Shown here: positions 14,024 through 26,817 of the stretch, in pieces
How the letters are laid out: the number at the start of each line of letters is the position of its first letter
How positions within the stretch are numbered: the first letter of the stretch is position 1
DNA from: the human T2T-CHM13v2.0 reference genome, Homo sapiens
Reading direction: 5' to 3' (one strand)
DNA: 64,000 bases
Assembly (NCBI RefSeq): GCF_009914755.1
Contig: NC_060926.1
Position numbers and translations under genes: made by a program
The notes under the pieces: model-generated
Seen by the model: the letters and a program-made list of their open reading frames with translations, nothing else
Databases searched by the model: none
What the model was told of the DNA's origin: nothing

Positions 14024-16817
14024 TGTCAGAATTCTTAGTTGTTGGCAAGAAGACTCCAGCTGATTTAAACTCATTTACTGGGTTCTAGGAGAGTTGGAAA
14101 ACCAGGCTTGGAGCTACAGTAGCAGGACAGCATACCCAAAATCATGCCACGGGGTGCTCTGGTGAAGATGTCATTCTCACTGGCCTGTCCAGATGCTGTA
14201 TTCTGTTGCTATCACAGTAGAATGTCTGCTCCAGGTGCAGGCTGGGGACAGCACCGCAGCCACTGCTGCCGTGGAAAAGCAATCTTGCTGCCACTGCCGC
14301 CACCTCTAGAAAGGGTCTGAGTCGCTGTTTCTTTGTGTCACTAGCATCTGATTCAGACTCCAGAGTGGGTGCTTCTGATTGGTGGATCCTGGATCCTGTG
14401 CCCATAACCACCTGCAAAGGATGCTGAGAAAGTAGTACCACATCTCAGTTTTTATACTGGAAAGGGGGCTGTGCCTCCCATGAAAACTCATAAGAAAGGC
14501 AGCGCTCCAAATAGAGGCAGGAGACTCAAATGGTAGGCAGCTGAAAGGAAGAGCAACTGTCCATGATATGGACTAAACTATACCAACTCCCCTGCTCCCA
14601 GAAAGGACAAAAGCCTCGGTGTACACAGATTATTAAAATCCCAGCCAAACCAAAAGAAAAACCGACAATGGTAACCATGATAGCAAAGAGACACTTTATT
14701 CCTTTATTGCCTGTTTTTGAAAATCCTCAGTACTGTGAGAACTGCTTCATATGTAATTGTTCAAGTTTTGCTAGACTAGGAGTTTCAGCTTCATCCAAAT
14801 CCCTTTAAGGGATATTAGCTCTGCACTCATCCTCCCTGTCCCCGTCCCAAGCCTATGTTACTGGTATGCTGTGGTATTGGATTGGGATGGATTACTTGCC
14901 ATGAATATTTTCCATTGTTTCTCATTAATGTATTAATTAATTAAGTAAAATATTATTTTCCATGAGACACAATGGAAAAATGGAAAACATTCATGGAAAA
15001 AAACCCATTTCAATCGAATACCATAGCGACTATGTGTCTGGAAACATCCAAACCGGAGAGCTTTAGTTTTTAAAACTTCCGTGGAGATAATTAGGTTTTC
15101 CTCAACCCAATTTAGCCAACATCTCCTTGGATTTTATTTAAAAACCTGAAGTAGAGCCAAATGAGCCACTTCTGCTTAGATGAAAAAAGGTGTCATCTCT
15201 CACTAGATTTGTACTGTGTCACTTTGTCACCCAAGGTTTCCAATTCACTCTTACATAGAGATGCAGTCCCAGAGTACAGGGCATGTGGCATATTGGTGAG
15301 AAAAAGAGAGAGGATGTGGCAGGGAGAGTGAGAAGCCAGGGAATGACGCTTCCCGAATGGTGTTGTACAAGCCATTTTACCCTCCAGAGAGCACCCCTCA
15401 GCCTAAACCCTGGTGATGTGGGTCTAGTTTTTCCAGGTGGTAGTTCAACATAGTCCAACATCATTGCACCAGATGAATTTGGGATCATTCTAGTAAGATT
15501 TACACCTTCCCATTGACAATAGCGCATCTTGGTCAAGGAAGCGTAGGGAGTAGATATGTGAAATAGAAAAATATTACTCATCTTGTATACGTAACTCACA
15601 GCATTAATGAATTAGTTCATTTGGTAACCATTTACCAAGATCCTATTATGTACTAAGCCATGCACTAAGTGCTTTGCATGTGTTACCCCATTTAATAATC
15701 CCTCTAACAATCTTATCCTGTGAAGCGGATCTATTTCCCTCCTGCCCCCAACGTTTGAGAGATAAAAAGATGAAAGCTCAGAGAGCTTAAGAGGCAGAAT
15801 TAGGACTGAATCCACATCACTTTGACTGCAAAGTCTGTGATTCTGGCCACTGTTTCTCGTGATTTTTAGTGGCTTGGCTGTTGAGATGGCTGGTGGACAG
15901 TTTCTATCCTCAGTGATGGTTGGACATCAGAAAAGAAAAGAGATGTTAGCATATAGTGTGATCCATCCTATAGTAGTAATATATACAGGAGTCTGGCCTG
16001 AGGTCTGGATGAGAGGGTGGTTCAGGAAGCTTCTCGTAGGAGGGAAAACTTGAGTTAAGTGAAGAGAGTGACCAAGATGTTTCCACAGGAAGAGCATGTG
16101 TACACTTCTGGAGGTGTGAGAATTTGGTGGCATGGCTGGTGTGTAGGATGAGTGTGTGTAGAGGAGAGAGAGTGAGGGGGGCGGGGAGACTAAAACAAGC
16201 CTGGAAAGATACGCAGGGGCACAGTGGATGAAGAAAACGGTGCAGATTTGAGAGCTACTTGGGGAGTAGATTCACCATAATTTGGTGATTAGATGTAGGG
16301 AATGAGGGATGCATTTATTCTTTATTTTATTTATGATAGTTAATGAATGCCTGCTTTAAACCAGGCACTATAGTAAGTGCTGGAAATAAAGGGGACAAAA
16401 GAGCTGGCATCCCTGCTCATGGGTTGTACAGTGTACAAAGAGGAAAGAATCAAAGATAACCCCAGATTTCTAGTTTAGATGATAGAGACACAAAAACTTA
16501 GAAAAGCACTAGGTTGATTTGGGAAGAGGCTCAGGCATTTCTGTGGGACATCATACAAGATGGCCAAGAGGTAGTGGGATATACAGACGTGGAGCTAGGA
16601 GAGAATCTAAGCTGGTGATATAGATTCGGGTGCCATCCACATGGATGTGGAAGTAAAAACCATGCATGTGGGTGTGGGGTGTGATCGCTCAGGAAATGTG
16701 TAGCAGGGTGAAGACAATGGAACTGGGGAACTCCAGCCTTTAGAGGCAGAGAAACTGTGAAGGAGTGGTTACAGGGCTAGGAGAGAACCATGAGAGAGCC
16801 ATGTCATGAAAGCAAAG

Positions 16818-17210
16818 TGTTATGGCCTGCCTCCCCCACCTCCCAAATTCATGTGTTGAAGCCTTAATTTCCAATCTGACTGTATATGGAGTTAAGGAAC
16901 TTTAAGAAGGCAATTAAAGTTAAATGAAGTTACAAGGGTAGGTCCCTAATCTGATAGGACTGGTGTCCTTATAAGAAAAGGAAGAGATACCAGGTCTCTC
17001 TCTCTCTCTGTCTCTGAGAGAAAAGTCCAAGTGAGGACATAGCAAAGAGGCACCATCTGCAAGCCAGGAATAGAGGCCTCACCAGAAATCATCCTTGCCA
17101 ACATCTTGATCTTGAACTTCCAGCCTCCAGAGCTGTGAGAAAATAAATTTCTGTTTTTAAGCCACCCAGTCTGTGATGTCTTGTTATGGCAGCCTGAGCA
17201 GACAAATACA
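16818..17210 (+). mobile_element. MLT1B-like solo LTR
   Basis: TGTTATGG start, AATAAA signal and GCAGACAAATACA end. Confidence 0.85.
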
Positions 17211-19484
17211 CCAAGATGAGAGGGTTTCAAGGACTGTTTAAACAAAGGCAAATACTCAGCAAAGACAAGGGTAGGCATTTGTCTTCTGAATTTGACAATC
17301 CTGTAACCTTAGCAAGAGCAAGGAAGTGCGAAGGCTAGAAGCCAAACTTCAGCGAGTTTCAGGGTTGGATGAGCAGGAGGGATTGCAGGTTTCACAAGCA
17401 AACATGGCCTCTAGGTTGGAGTTTGGCATCTCCTACCATCTATGTCTGTCATTCCAGTAAACCCTTTTGTGCAGACTCCCCCAGGGTCCAGCAATGTATG
17501 TGGCATATAGCAGCTTCTCAATAATGCCTGCAGAATGGCCTCGCTCTGCTAAGTACAGGCTTCAGTGTAGAGTTCGATCAACATTACTTGCCTAGTGAAG
17601 CAGCCTTATATAGTAATATAAACAACTTTCATTTAGTGCTTTTTAGGTGCCCAGCATTGGGCTAAACTCTTTACATCTATCTTATCATGTAATTTTCATT
17701 ATGAATTAGGTACTATTATTGTTATGCTCATTTTTCTTATGGAAAAACTGAGATAGAGGTTCAAATACAGACAATCTGACTCCAGAGCTCAGTCTCCTAA
17801 CCGGTATGCTCTATGGCTTCTGTACCCCCATCATCCCTATCCAGGTGCAGATACCTGGATCTGCCCTGTGAGACTTTTGGGGAGCTGACTTGAGTTTCTG
17901 GGCCTCAGTATCCCAACTTGCAAAATGTGGTATTTGGAGTAGATGAGTTTCTCGAGTGCTTTATGGCTCTACCATTCCATGATCTGATGGTTTGGACTCA
18001 ATTACACTCCGTTTATGTGACCTGGCACTAACTCATACAGAAAAGTCAACCAAAAGTTGCCACTCTTGATTTATGCAGGCAGTGAACTTGGGGAACCCTA
18101 ACCAGCAGTTGGAGGAGAATGGAATCCCTGACAATGTACGAAGGGACACTGGGAAGCTTGAGTTCCACATCAGTATCTCCAACCACCCCCATCTAAGTAA
18201 GATGGAGGTGGGGTTGGGGGAAGCCCCTACTTCTGCCTCCTGTATGGCTTCTGCTAATTGGCTAGGATATGAGGAGAGTTCTGGTTGAAGGTTGGCCAAG
18301 TAAGTTTATTGAGGACAATCAATGAACTATAGTTGGCCACCACCACTGCTGTTGAAGGGTTTAACGAAGGCTGCTTCTGAGTATGCAGGGCCCTGGGCAA
18401 GATTATTTTGTGGGCCTCTCTATATAAAAATAATTTGATTAAAAATGATGACAAATTGTATCACAAAAATTCATCGACCCATGTAAGGCCCATATGATGT
18501 GTCAATGAAAGTTTAGAACAATGTGTAGAAAAATGGTACTTTTGAATTTACTTTTTGTCTAATCAGTGCACATTAAGATTTCTGTTTGGGTCTGGGAACC
18601 ATTTCTTTGTAATCTTTATCATCAAATATGCTGTTCCTGGCTAAGTTAGCATCTTCCACCATGAGCAAAAGGTAGCGATGCTGTTCTTACTCACAACCCT
18701 AAAGCTCTTCAGAACCTGTTTGTATTAAAGCAATATAGATCTTCCAGCCTCTGTGGTTCCCTAATTTTATTTATTTAATGCTGATACAGCATTCTTCATG
18801 ATACAGCATCATCCATCAGGCTGCCTGTGAGTATTGGACCATCTCCAAAGTTGTTATTGTGCTTCATTGAAGATGACCACAAATGCAAGTCTTACTCAGA
18901 GTGTGTAGAAATGTGTGAATGATAATCTGTTTTCTGGTCATGTTCAGAATTTTATAGCATAATGTGGAATAGCTCATCTTCCAACCATGTCTTCTTTTGA
19001 ACTTTTTAGGTAGTAATCACTGTATTCCCAGAATGTGACCTCCTTCAATAATGATTGCATCCCTGCCTTCCATACACTGCCATAAGAGGCAAGGAGAGGT
19101 GAGGGTCTCATGGGAAGAACAGAAGAGAGGTCTCATTCACATAAGGGATGTGTGGCCCATGTCAGGTACAACCTAACACTGTCCCTGGAGAGCATGACAT
19201 CACCACATCAATTGAAAGCAAGTGAGAACATCATTTGGAAGGGCCTGTTGGTGGAGGGGACACTAGCAATGGGGGAGGGGTTCGACAAGGTTGGGTACCT
19301 GCTTTCATTCCTGCCTCCCTGAGTGTTGTAACCAGAGGTGGCACTGAGGTCAGAACACAGTCAGGTTAGAGCCCATGCATGGGCTTACTCATGTGGCTCA
19401 AGCCCTAAGGTCATGGTGGACTCTTAGTGTTCTATTGCTGCCATAACAAATTACCATACAGTGAGCAGCTTAAAACAACATCCA

Positions 19485-19829
19485 TGATATGGTTTGGCTG
19501 TGTCCCTACTCAAATCTCATCTTGAATTGTAGTTCCCACAATTCCCAGGTGTTGTGGGAGGTAATTGAATCATGGGGGCAGGTCTTTCCCGTGCTATTCT
19601 TGTGATAGTGAATAAGTCTCATGAGATCTGATGGTTTTATAAAGGAGAGTTTCCCTGCACAAGTTCTTTTCTCTTGTCTGCCACCATGTGAGACATGCCT
19701 TTCACCTTCCGCCATGATTGTGAGGCCTCCCCAGCCATGTGGAACTGTGAGTCCATTAAACTGCTTTCTTTTGTAAATTGACCAGTCTCAGTTATGTCTT
19801 TATTAGCAGCATGAAAATGGACTAATACA
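19485..19829 (+). mobile_element. THE1 solo LTR
   Basis: TGATATGGTTTGGCTGTGTCC ... GGACTAATACA, 345 bp, with a 5-bp TSD ATCCA/ATCTA. Confidence 0.92.
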
Positions 19830-19914
19830 ATCTATTTTATTTTCTCACAGTCACGTAGGTCAGAAGTCCAGACACACATGGCTTGGCTGTTTCTTTTCTC
19901 TCATCCATTTTATT

Positions 19915-20154
19915 TTTTACTTTATTACTATTTTTTGAGACAGGGTCTTGTTCTGTCACCCAGGCTGGAGTGCAGTGGTACAATCTCAGCTCACTGCAGC
20001 CTCAACCTCCCGGGCTGAAGTGATCCTCCTGCTTCAGTCTCCCAAGTGACTAGGACTATAGATGTTTGCCACCATGCCCAGCTAATTAAATTATTTTTAT
20101 TTTTATTTTTTATTTTTTGTAGAGACAGAGTCTCATCATGTTGCCCAGGCTGGC
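19915..20154 (-). mobile_element. AluJ-like, 5'-truncated
   Basis: Reverse Alu with TSD CATCCATTTTATT. Confidence 0.88.
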
Positions 20155-20575
20155 CATCCATTTTATTATCTCACAGTCTTGTAGCTTGCAAGTCCAGGCA
20201 CACATGACTTGGCTGGTTCTCTGCCCCAGGTTTCATAAGGCAAAATCTAGGTGTGGGCTGGGCTGTGTTCCTTTCTTGAGATTCTGGGGATGAATGTGCT
20301 TTGAAGATCATTCCAGTTGTTGGCAGAATTCAGCTCCATGCAGTTGGAGAAATGAAGTTCCAATGTCCTTGATGGCTGTCTGCCTTGGATCCCCCTTTCT
20401 CCATTTTCAAAGCCAGTGGCAATGGATCTCATACCTTGAATCTCTCTGACTTTCCCTTCTTCCTCATTTCTCTTCTGTTTCCAGCTGAAGAGTGTTCTCT
20501 GCTTTTAACAGCTCATGTGATTAGATTGGCCCCACCTGGATAATCCAGGCTAATCTCCTGATTTAAAGTTGTACC

Positions 20576-20935
<360 letters not shown>

Positions 20936-21897
20936 TCAGAGGTTGCAGGGATTAGAGCATGAATATCTTTGAAGGGTCATTATTCTGCCTACCACAAGGA
21001 TTGCTGGTTGTTCTAAGGCCTGAACTCATCCTGGTTCTGATATGAGTGAAGTCCACCCTAAATCAGCATGTTGGCACTATTCTGGCAGCCCAATACTGCA
21101 TGAATCCATGAAAGAAAAATCCCACTGGTCAGCAAGAGCAATCTACTTGCCAGAACACCCTCTTGGAATGAGATCTGACTAGGATGCCTGGGACCCCCAC
21201 ATGGGCATGAATCCCAGAATCCCTTAGGCAATGTGGTCCACTCTACAAGTGGTATAGGGTTTGAGAACATCCCTAAAGGAAGAAACAGGAACTGAGGCCA
21301 ACATAGGTCCCTGTCTAGGCTCCTGCTTGGATGGAATTGCTGATTCTGGGTGTTCCCAGGCATGGGAGAGGGATCCAGAGAAGACATTCCACTTGCAGAG
21401 GTTCCCTGAGGGGTCAGAATTGCAGCCCTGCTTGCCTGAGTCTAAGGGCAAGGTGGTACTGCTTCCAGCAACTAAGCTGGTAGGAGCTATTTTAATTTTC
21501 ATGCAATGTCTCTGTAGGGTTCAGTTGGCGTTGTGGGGTAGAGTGTGGGGTTTCACTCCAGCCAGCCTTGATACAAGTCCTTGATATTCTCCATAAGCTT
21601 TATACAAGTCCTGGATATTCCCCGTATTGGCTGGATGATCTTGGACAAGTTACTTAATCTTGTGGAGCCTCAGTCTCTTCATCTGTACGGCAAAATGAAG
21701 ACAATAACAATGAACCCTGGCCCTGAAAGGGGTGAGATATATCATAGGCATTTTATACTCACATCTGCCAGTTATAATTTCCACCTTTCAATGTTGTGAT
21801 GATCAAGTGAGCTGGCATATCTCACTTAAAGATGGCATAAAACCACCTGGAATACAATAGGCACACCATACATTTCAACCATAAACAGTGATTGAGC

Positions 21898-22090
21898 CCA
21901 ATGTCAGGCTGATAAATGTGAAATCACAGGTTCTCCAGGAGAAGAGGGGAGGACAACTTGTAGCGTTTGCTGATTTCCATGGTGTACATACTCCCAATGG
22001 CTCATTTCAAACAACCAGTCTGTTGTCAGTGGATGTGGAGTTGGGAAGAGCTGACAGTCAGCTCTTTCGACAGGCACGGTGTTCAGTGCT
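21898..22090. mobile_element. MER63-like hAT element
   Basis: TTGTAGCGTTTGCTGATTTCCATGGTGTACATACTCCC and GGAGTTGGGAAGAG signatures. Confidence 0.65.
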
Positions 22091-23685
22091 GGAGATACAG
22101 TGACAAATTTGCATGAAGCTTAAAGTAGTTCTTTTCTCTGTGCTATTTTTCCCCCAACCCAAAGTATGAGCCTCCAGAATATTTTGCAAATAAGATGTAG
22201 TTCTAGGTAGAAAAGCGTGAACTCAGTAACCTCTCAAGGTGTCTCTCAGCATTTGCCTCAACCAGTAGAGGAAATGTTATTTCTGGCTTCTTGGCAAGCC
22301 AGCAGTCTTGTTTCCACAGAGCTGAGTTGGGTATGAATAAGGCCAGAAATGCTGCTCCTCTCATTGGTTTGGGGTTTGGTGTTGGTGGAGACATTTCATT
22401 TCCTGGAGGCCCACTCGGCAACACTAGGAGAGGAGGGTGCTGGCTCATCCATTCACGATCATGGGGACTGAATGACCCGGTGAGAACAATAGTCATTTCC
22501 CAGTTGTATGAGGTCACATGCCCTGACCATGCCCACGCTTCACTGTCCCAGAGCATTTCGATGGTGGGGATTCCATTATGACTGACATCTGGTATTCTTA
22601 ATAGGAAAGCAATCTCACTGTTCTCAAAGTAGGAAAACTGTTTTTGGAAGGTTTTAGAATGAAGCAGGTTGAAAACATCTATGCAGAGTACTTGGAAATG
22701 TATGAACTGGTAAATCTAAAGAGCACGGAGATGTAGGTTGTCTCTCTCTCACTCTCTTGAGTCACTGAACACCCGTACTGTAAGTTGCTTTATATCATTT
22801 CTCAGAAGGCAATCTCTTTTCTCAGGGTAAGTTTCCATGTAAGGTGATATTAAGGGTAAAAAAAAAAGCACAATGCAAGCACTGTGGTTACTGGTGTTTA
22901 AAAAGGGCCATTAAAAATAAAATTAGTATCTACCGTGTCTTAATATTGTATCCAATTGGAATTTGATATAAAACTGGGACCCCAATGGAAATTTTTTTTA
23001 GTGAATAAACATACAATTTATTTGGGAAGGTTGAGATTATTTTATTTATTCATTTTTTAAAACCACATTTGGAAAATTAAAATAGGTATTTAACATTAAA
23101 GTCAAGCTATATGCCCAAGCTTTGGAATAAAGAACAGACTCTCAGAATTTCAAAATGGCTCTACAATAAAAATAGAACAAATTAACACTTAAGGATAACA
23201 GAAAGAGAACTGCAGTTTATTTTTGGAGACAGCATGGGTATGGGTGAAGAGGGCTTTCGTTTCACTAATGCATAGGTGACTGGTGGCTTGTTTCTAGGTT
23301 TTTCCATTCTGGAAAACTCTAGTTAATTTCTCATGTGTCCAAGATTTAGCACTGTTAGCTGGTTTCTGCAATAACTTTTACATTTATTATAGAATAATAT
23401 ATCATTTTATATTATTGGAGCTTGGAGCTCTTGGGTTCCATATAGCAAATGTGCAGTAAGAATCAGATCAATTCTTTTCTCCAATTTTTCTCTTGTCCAC
23501 TTTCTTTTTTCCATGAAGTCTCCACACTGTTGATAATTATAATGATAAAATTACAATAAAAGCAAACATTTATTGAGTGCTTTCTGTATAGGCATTATTA
23601 CTCTCTGTTTCTGATGTGGACCTTTAAGGATGAAAATATATTCTAGAAGTTGGTATATTAAGTTAAAATGCCAAGATGGCATTTC

Positions 23686-23983
<298 letters not shown>

Positions 23984-24203
23984 TAGATGGCATTTTAAGA
24001 GGATATTATGATAGCCTTAAATACTAAGGTAAAGTGCCTATATTTAAAAATCTTCAATCATTTCCCTTTGCCTGAAAAATTAAAAACATGGACAGGGTGG
24101 TAGTGATGGTGTGGTATGATCGTAAGTTTGTATTTTAGATATATGTAGAAACATATGAAAGGTGGATTGAAACAAGGAGAGGATAAAGACATGAGTTAGG
24201 AGT

Positions 24204-24407
24204 TAGGATTGCAAGATAAAATATGGGAAGCCAAGTTAAATTGAATTTCAGATAAACAAGAATTTTTTTTAGTACAAATATGTTCCATGCAATATTTGGA
24301 AAATATTTGGAACATACTTATACTAGAAAAGTATTTGTAGTTTATCTGAATAAATTCATATTTAATTGAATTTCTTGTATTTTTATTTGCTAAAACCGGC
24401 AACTCTA
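24204..24407. mobile_element. MER53 palindromic hAT MITE
   Basis: TAGGATTGCAAGATAAAATA ... AAAACCGGCAACTCTA ends, with internal TTCAGATAAACAA versus TTTATCTGAA arms. Confidence 0.85.
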
Positions 24408-25065
24408 TTTAGGAGGTTACTACAGTAGTCCAAGTAAGGGGAAACAAAGAACTAAAAAGGGTGGTGGAAGAGGAAATTGATAGGAGAGTACGGATGTGAA
24501 AGAATTGAGAAGGTAAAATTGATAGGACTTGGCAACTGATAAGAGAAAATGATGTGGCTTTAGATACCATAATGTGGAAAGAGGAGCCAGGATCTAATAG
24601 GCTAATTTTCTAATAGAAAATTTATATACTTCAAGGGAAAACAATGGGTGAACTGAACATGGAGTAGTGGTTCTGTGAATTGAGAGCCTTGATTAGTGAA
24701 ATGAACATTGAAAGACATTATTGCAAGTTTAAATTAAACTAAAAATTTAATAAAAGTTACCTTCTTTAAAAATAGTTAACATTTTTGTAGATGTATTGAG
24801 CAGTTTAAATATGTTATTAATAGCATTGAGGATATCAGTCTGCCTTTTCATAACCCAGATAAATGAAAGCTCATAACTTTTATTCTTCTAAAACATTTAA
24901 AGTTGTGTCCTAAAATCAGACAATAGCTGTTTCATTTTTGCTTAGAAAATAGTATATTAAAATGAATCTTTTATCAAGCTGGGCAGAATAACTTTTGCCT
25001 CATATCAACCAGTAGGATTAAAGGGTGTTTTATAAAATTCTGCATTAAAATTATTCGATGTTACC

Positions 25066-25285
25066 CCCATGCTATTTTAGCACAATAAAATAGCATGGGA
25101 GTATTTTACTGTATTTTATATGTACAGGGTACATATACTGTGTATAGTATTTTATTGTGCTAAAATAGCATGGGAGTATTTTACTGTATTTTATATGTAC
25201 AGGGTACATATACTGTATATAGTATTTTATTGTGCTAAAATAGCATGGGAGTATTTTACTGTGCTAAAATACATTTAGCATGGGC
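25066..25285. repeat. 75-bp tandem repeat (about 2.4 copies) with an inverted leader
   Basis: TAGCATGGGAGTATTTTACTG recurs at 25091, 25166 and 25241. 25066-25092 is the exact reverse complement of 25148-25174. Confidence 0.95.
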
Positions 25286-25709
25286 TGTTATATCTTATGA
25301 CTTTGATCTCTAGATATACCTATTTCTAAACATATATGGGTATACATTTCAAGATGGTAGAATAAATTAGAAATTGTAAAGATGTCTGTTGAGACCCTTT
25401 AAACTTTTATAAAGCCTATTCTAATTTATTCAATAAATATTTATTAGATATCTATTATGGACCCAGTTTTTTACCAATAGCTTGAAAGAAAGTCCCTTTC
25501 CTCATAATCTTAAAGAACAAATCAATTATGGAGTAATCAAGTTGGGATGGAAACTTCAGATAAAAAATGATATTTTCCCATTTTACCTGCCACCTTTATC
25601 CCCGTTTGTTTCAGAGCTGCAGTAGCGACCTGTATCTGCTAGGGTCCAGGCAGAAGACAGAAACCACATCAACTATTTAAACAGAGAGAATTTTACATAA
25701 AGAGTTGTT

Positions 25710-26030
<321 letters not shown>

Positions 26031-26442
26031 CTAGGTAATTGAGAAACAAAAGGAGAATGCTAATGTATCTCAGAGGAAGCAGCTGCAGCTACTATTCCTA
26101 GGGTTGGAGGAACAAGAGGAAAAGGTTAGAATTACTAAAACTTAGAAATTTGCAGGAGTCTTATAACCTGGGACCCAGACCTCCGAGGAGGGTCTCCAGT
26201 TGGCTAGTGTTGATGTCTCTGGGGAGTAGGATAAGGGGCAGTGAAGCTGGTTCTGCAAGTCTTGAAAAAATTGCAAAGTGGATTCAGCTGCTGCTAATGG
26301 ACACACCTGCTGCTGCTGCTGGGGTGAAGAAGTGAGCCTGGGGTGACATCCACACAAACATGGAGCAAGTCCCTGCTTCCTTCTTCAGCCTTGCAGTTCT
26401 CCCTCTAACACCTTCTACTGACAGAGTCTAACACAGATCCAG

Positions 26443-26817
26443 AATACTATGCTGCCATAAAAAGGAATGAGATCATGTCCTTTGCAGGGACATCGATGGA
26501 GCTGGAACCCGTTATCCTCAGCAAATAACACAGAAACAGAAAACTAAACACCGTATGTTCTCACTTATAACTGGGAGCTGAATAATGAGAACACATGGAC
26601 ACAGGGGGCATGGGAACAATACACACTGGGGCCTGTTGTGTGGTGGAGGCAGGAGGGAGAGCATCAAGAAGAATAGCTAATGAATGTTGGTCTTAATACC
26701 TAGGTGATGGGTTAACCTGTGCAGCAAACCACCATGGCACACATTTACCAATGTAACAAACCTGTACCTCTTGCACTTGTACCCCAGAACTTAAAAGTTG
26801 AAGGAAAAAAAAAAAAG
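26443..26817 (+). mobile_element. L1PA 3' end
   Basis: AAAAAGGAATGAGATCATGTCCTTTGCAGGGAC..., L1 3' UTR and poly-A. Confidence 0.9.

Noticed and set aside
14294-14310. CTCF-like AGGTGGCGG on the minus strand
   Set aside because: The 5' half of the core matches poorly and it lies in a probable old LTR.
18300-19100. Possible old DNA transposon or pseudogene fragment
   Set aside because: No recognisable motif or family could be assigned by eye, so a Dfam/BLAST search is needed.
25066-25285. CRISPR-like repeat array
   Set aside because: The sequences between repeats are near-identical copies rather than unique spacers, the context is eukaryotic and there are no cas genes.
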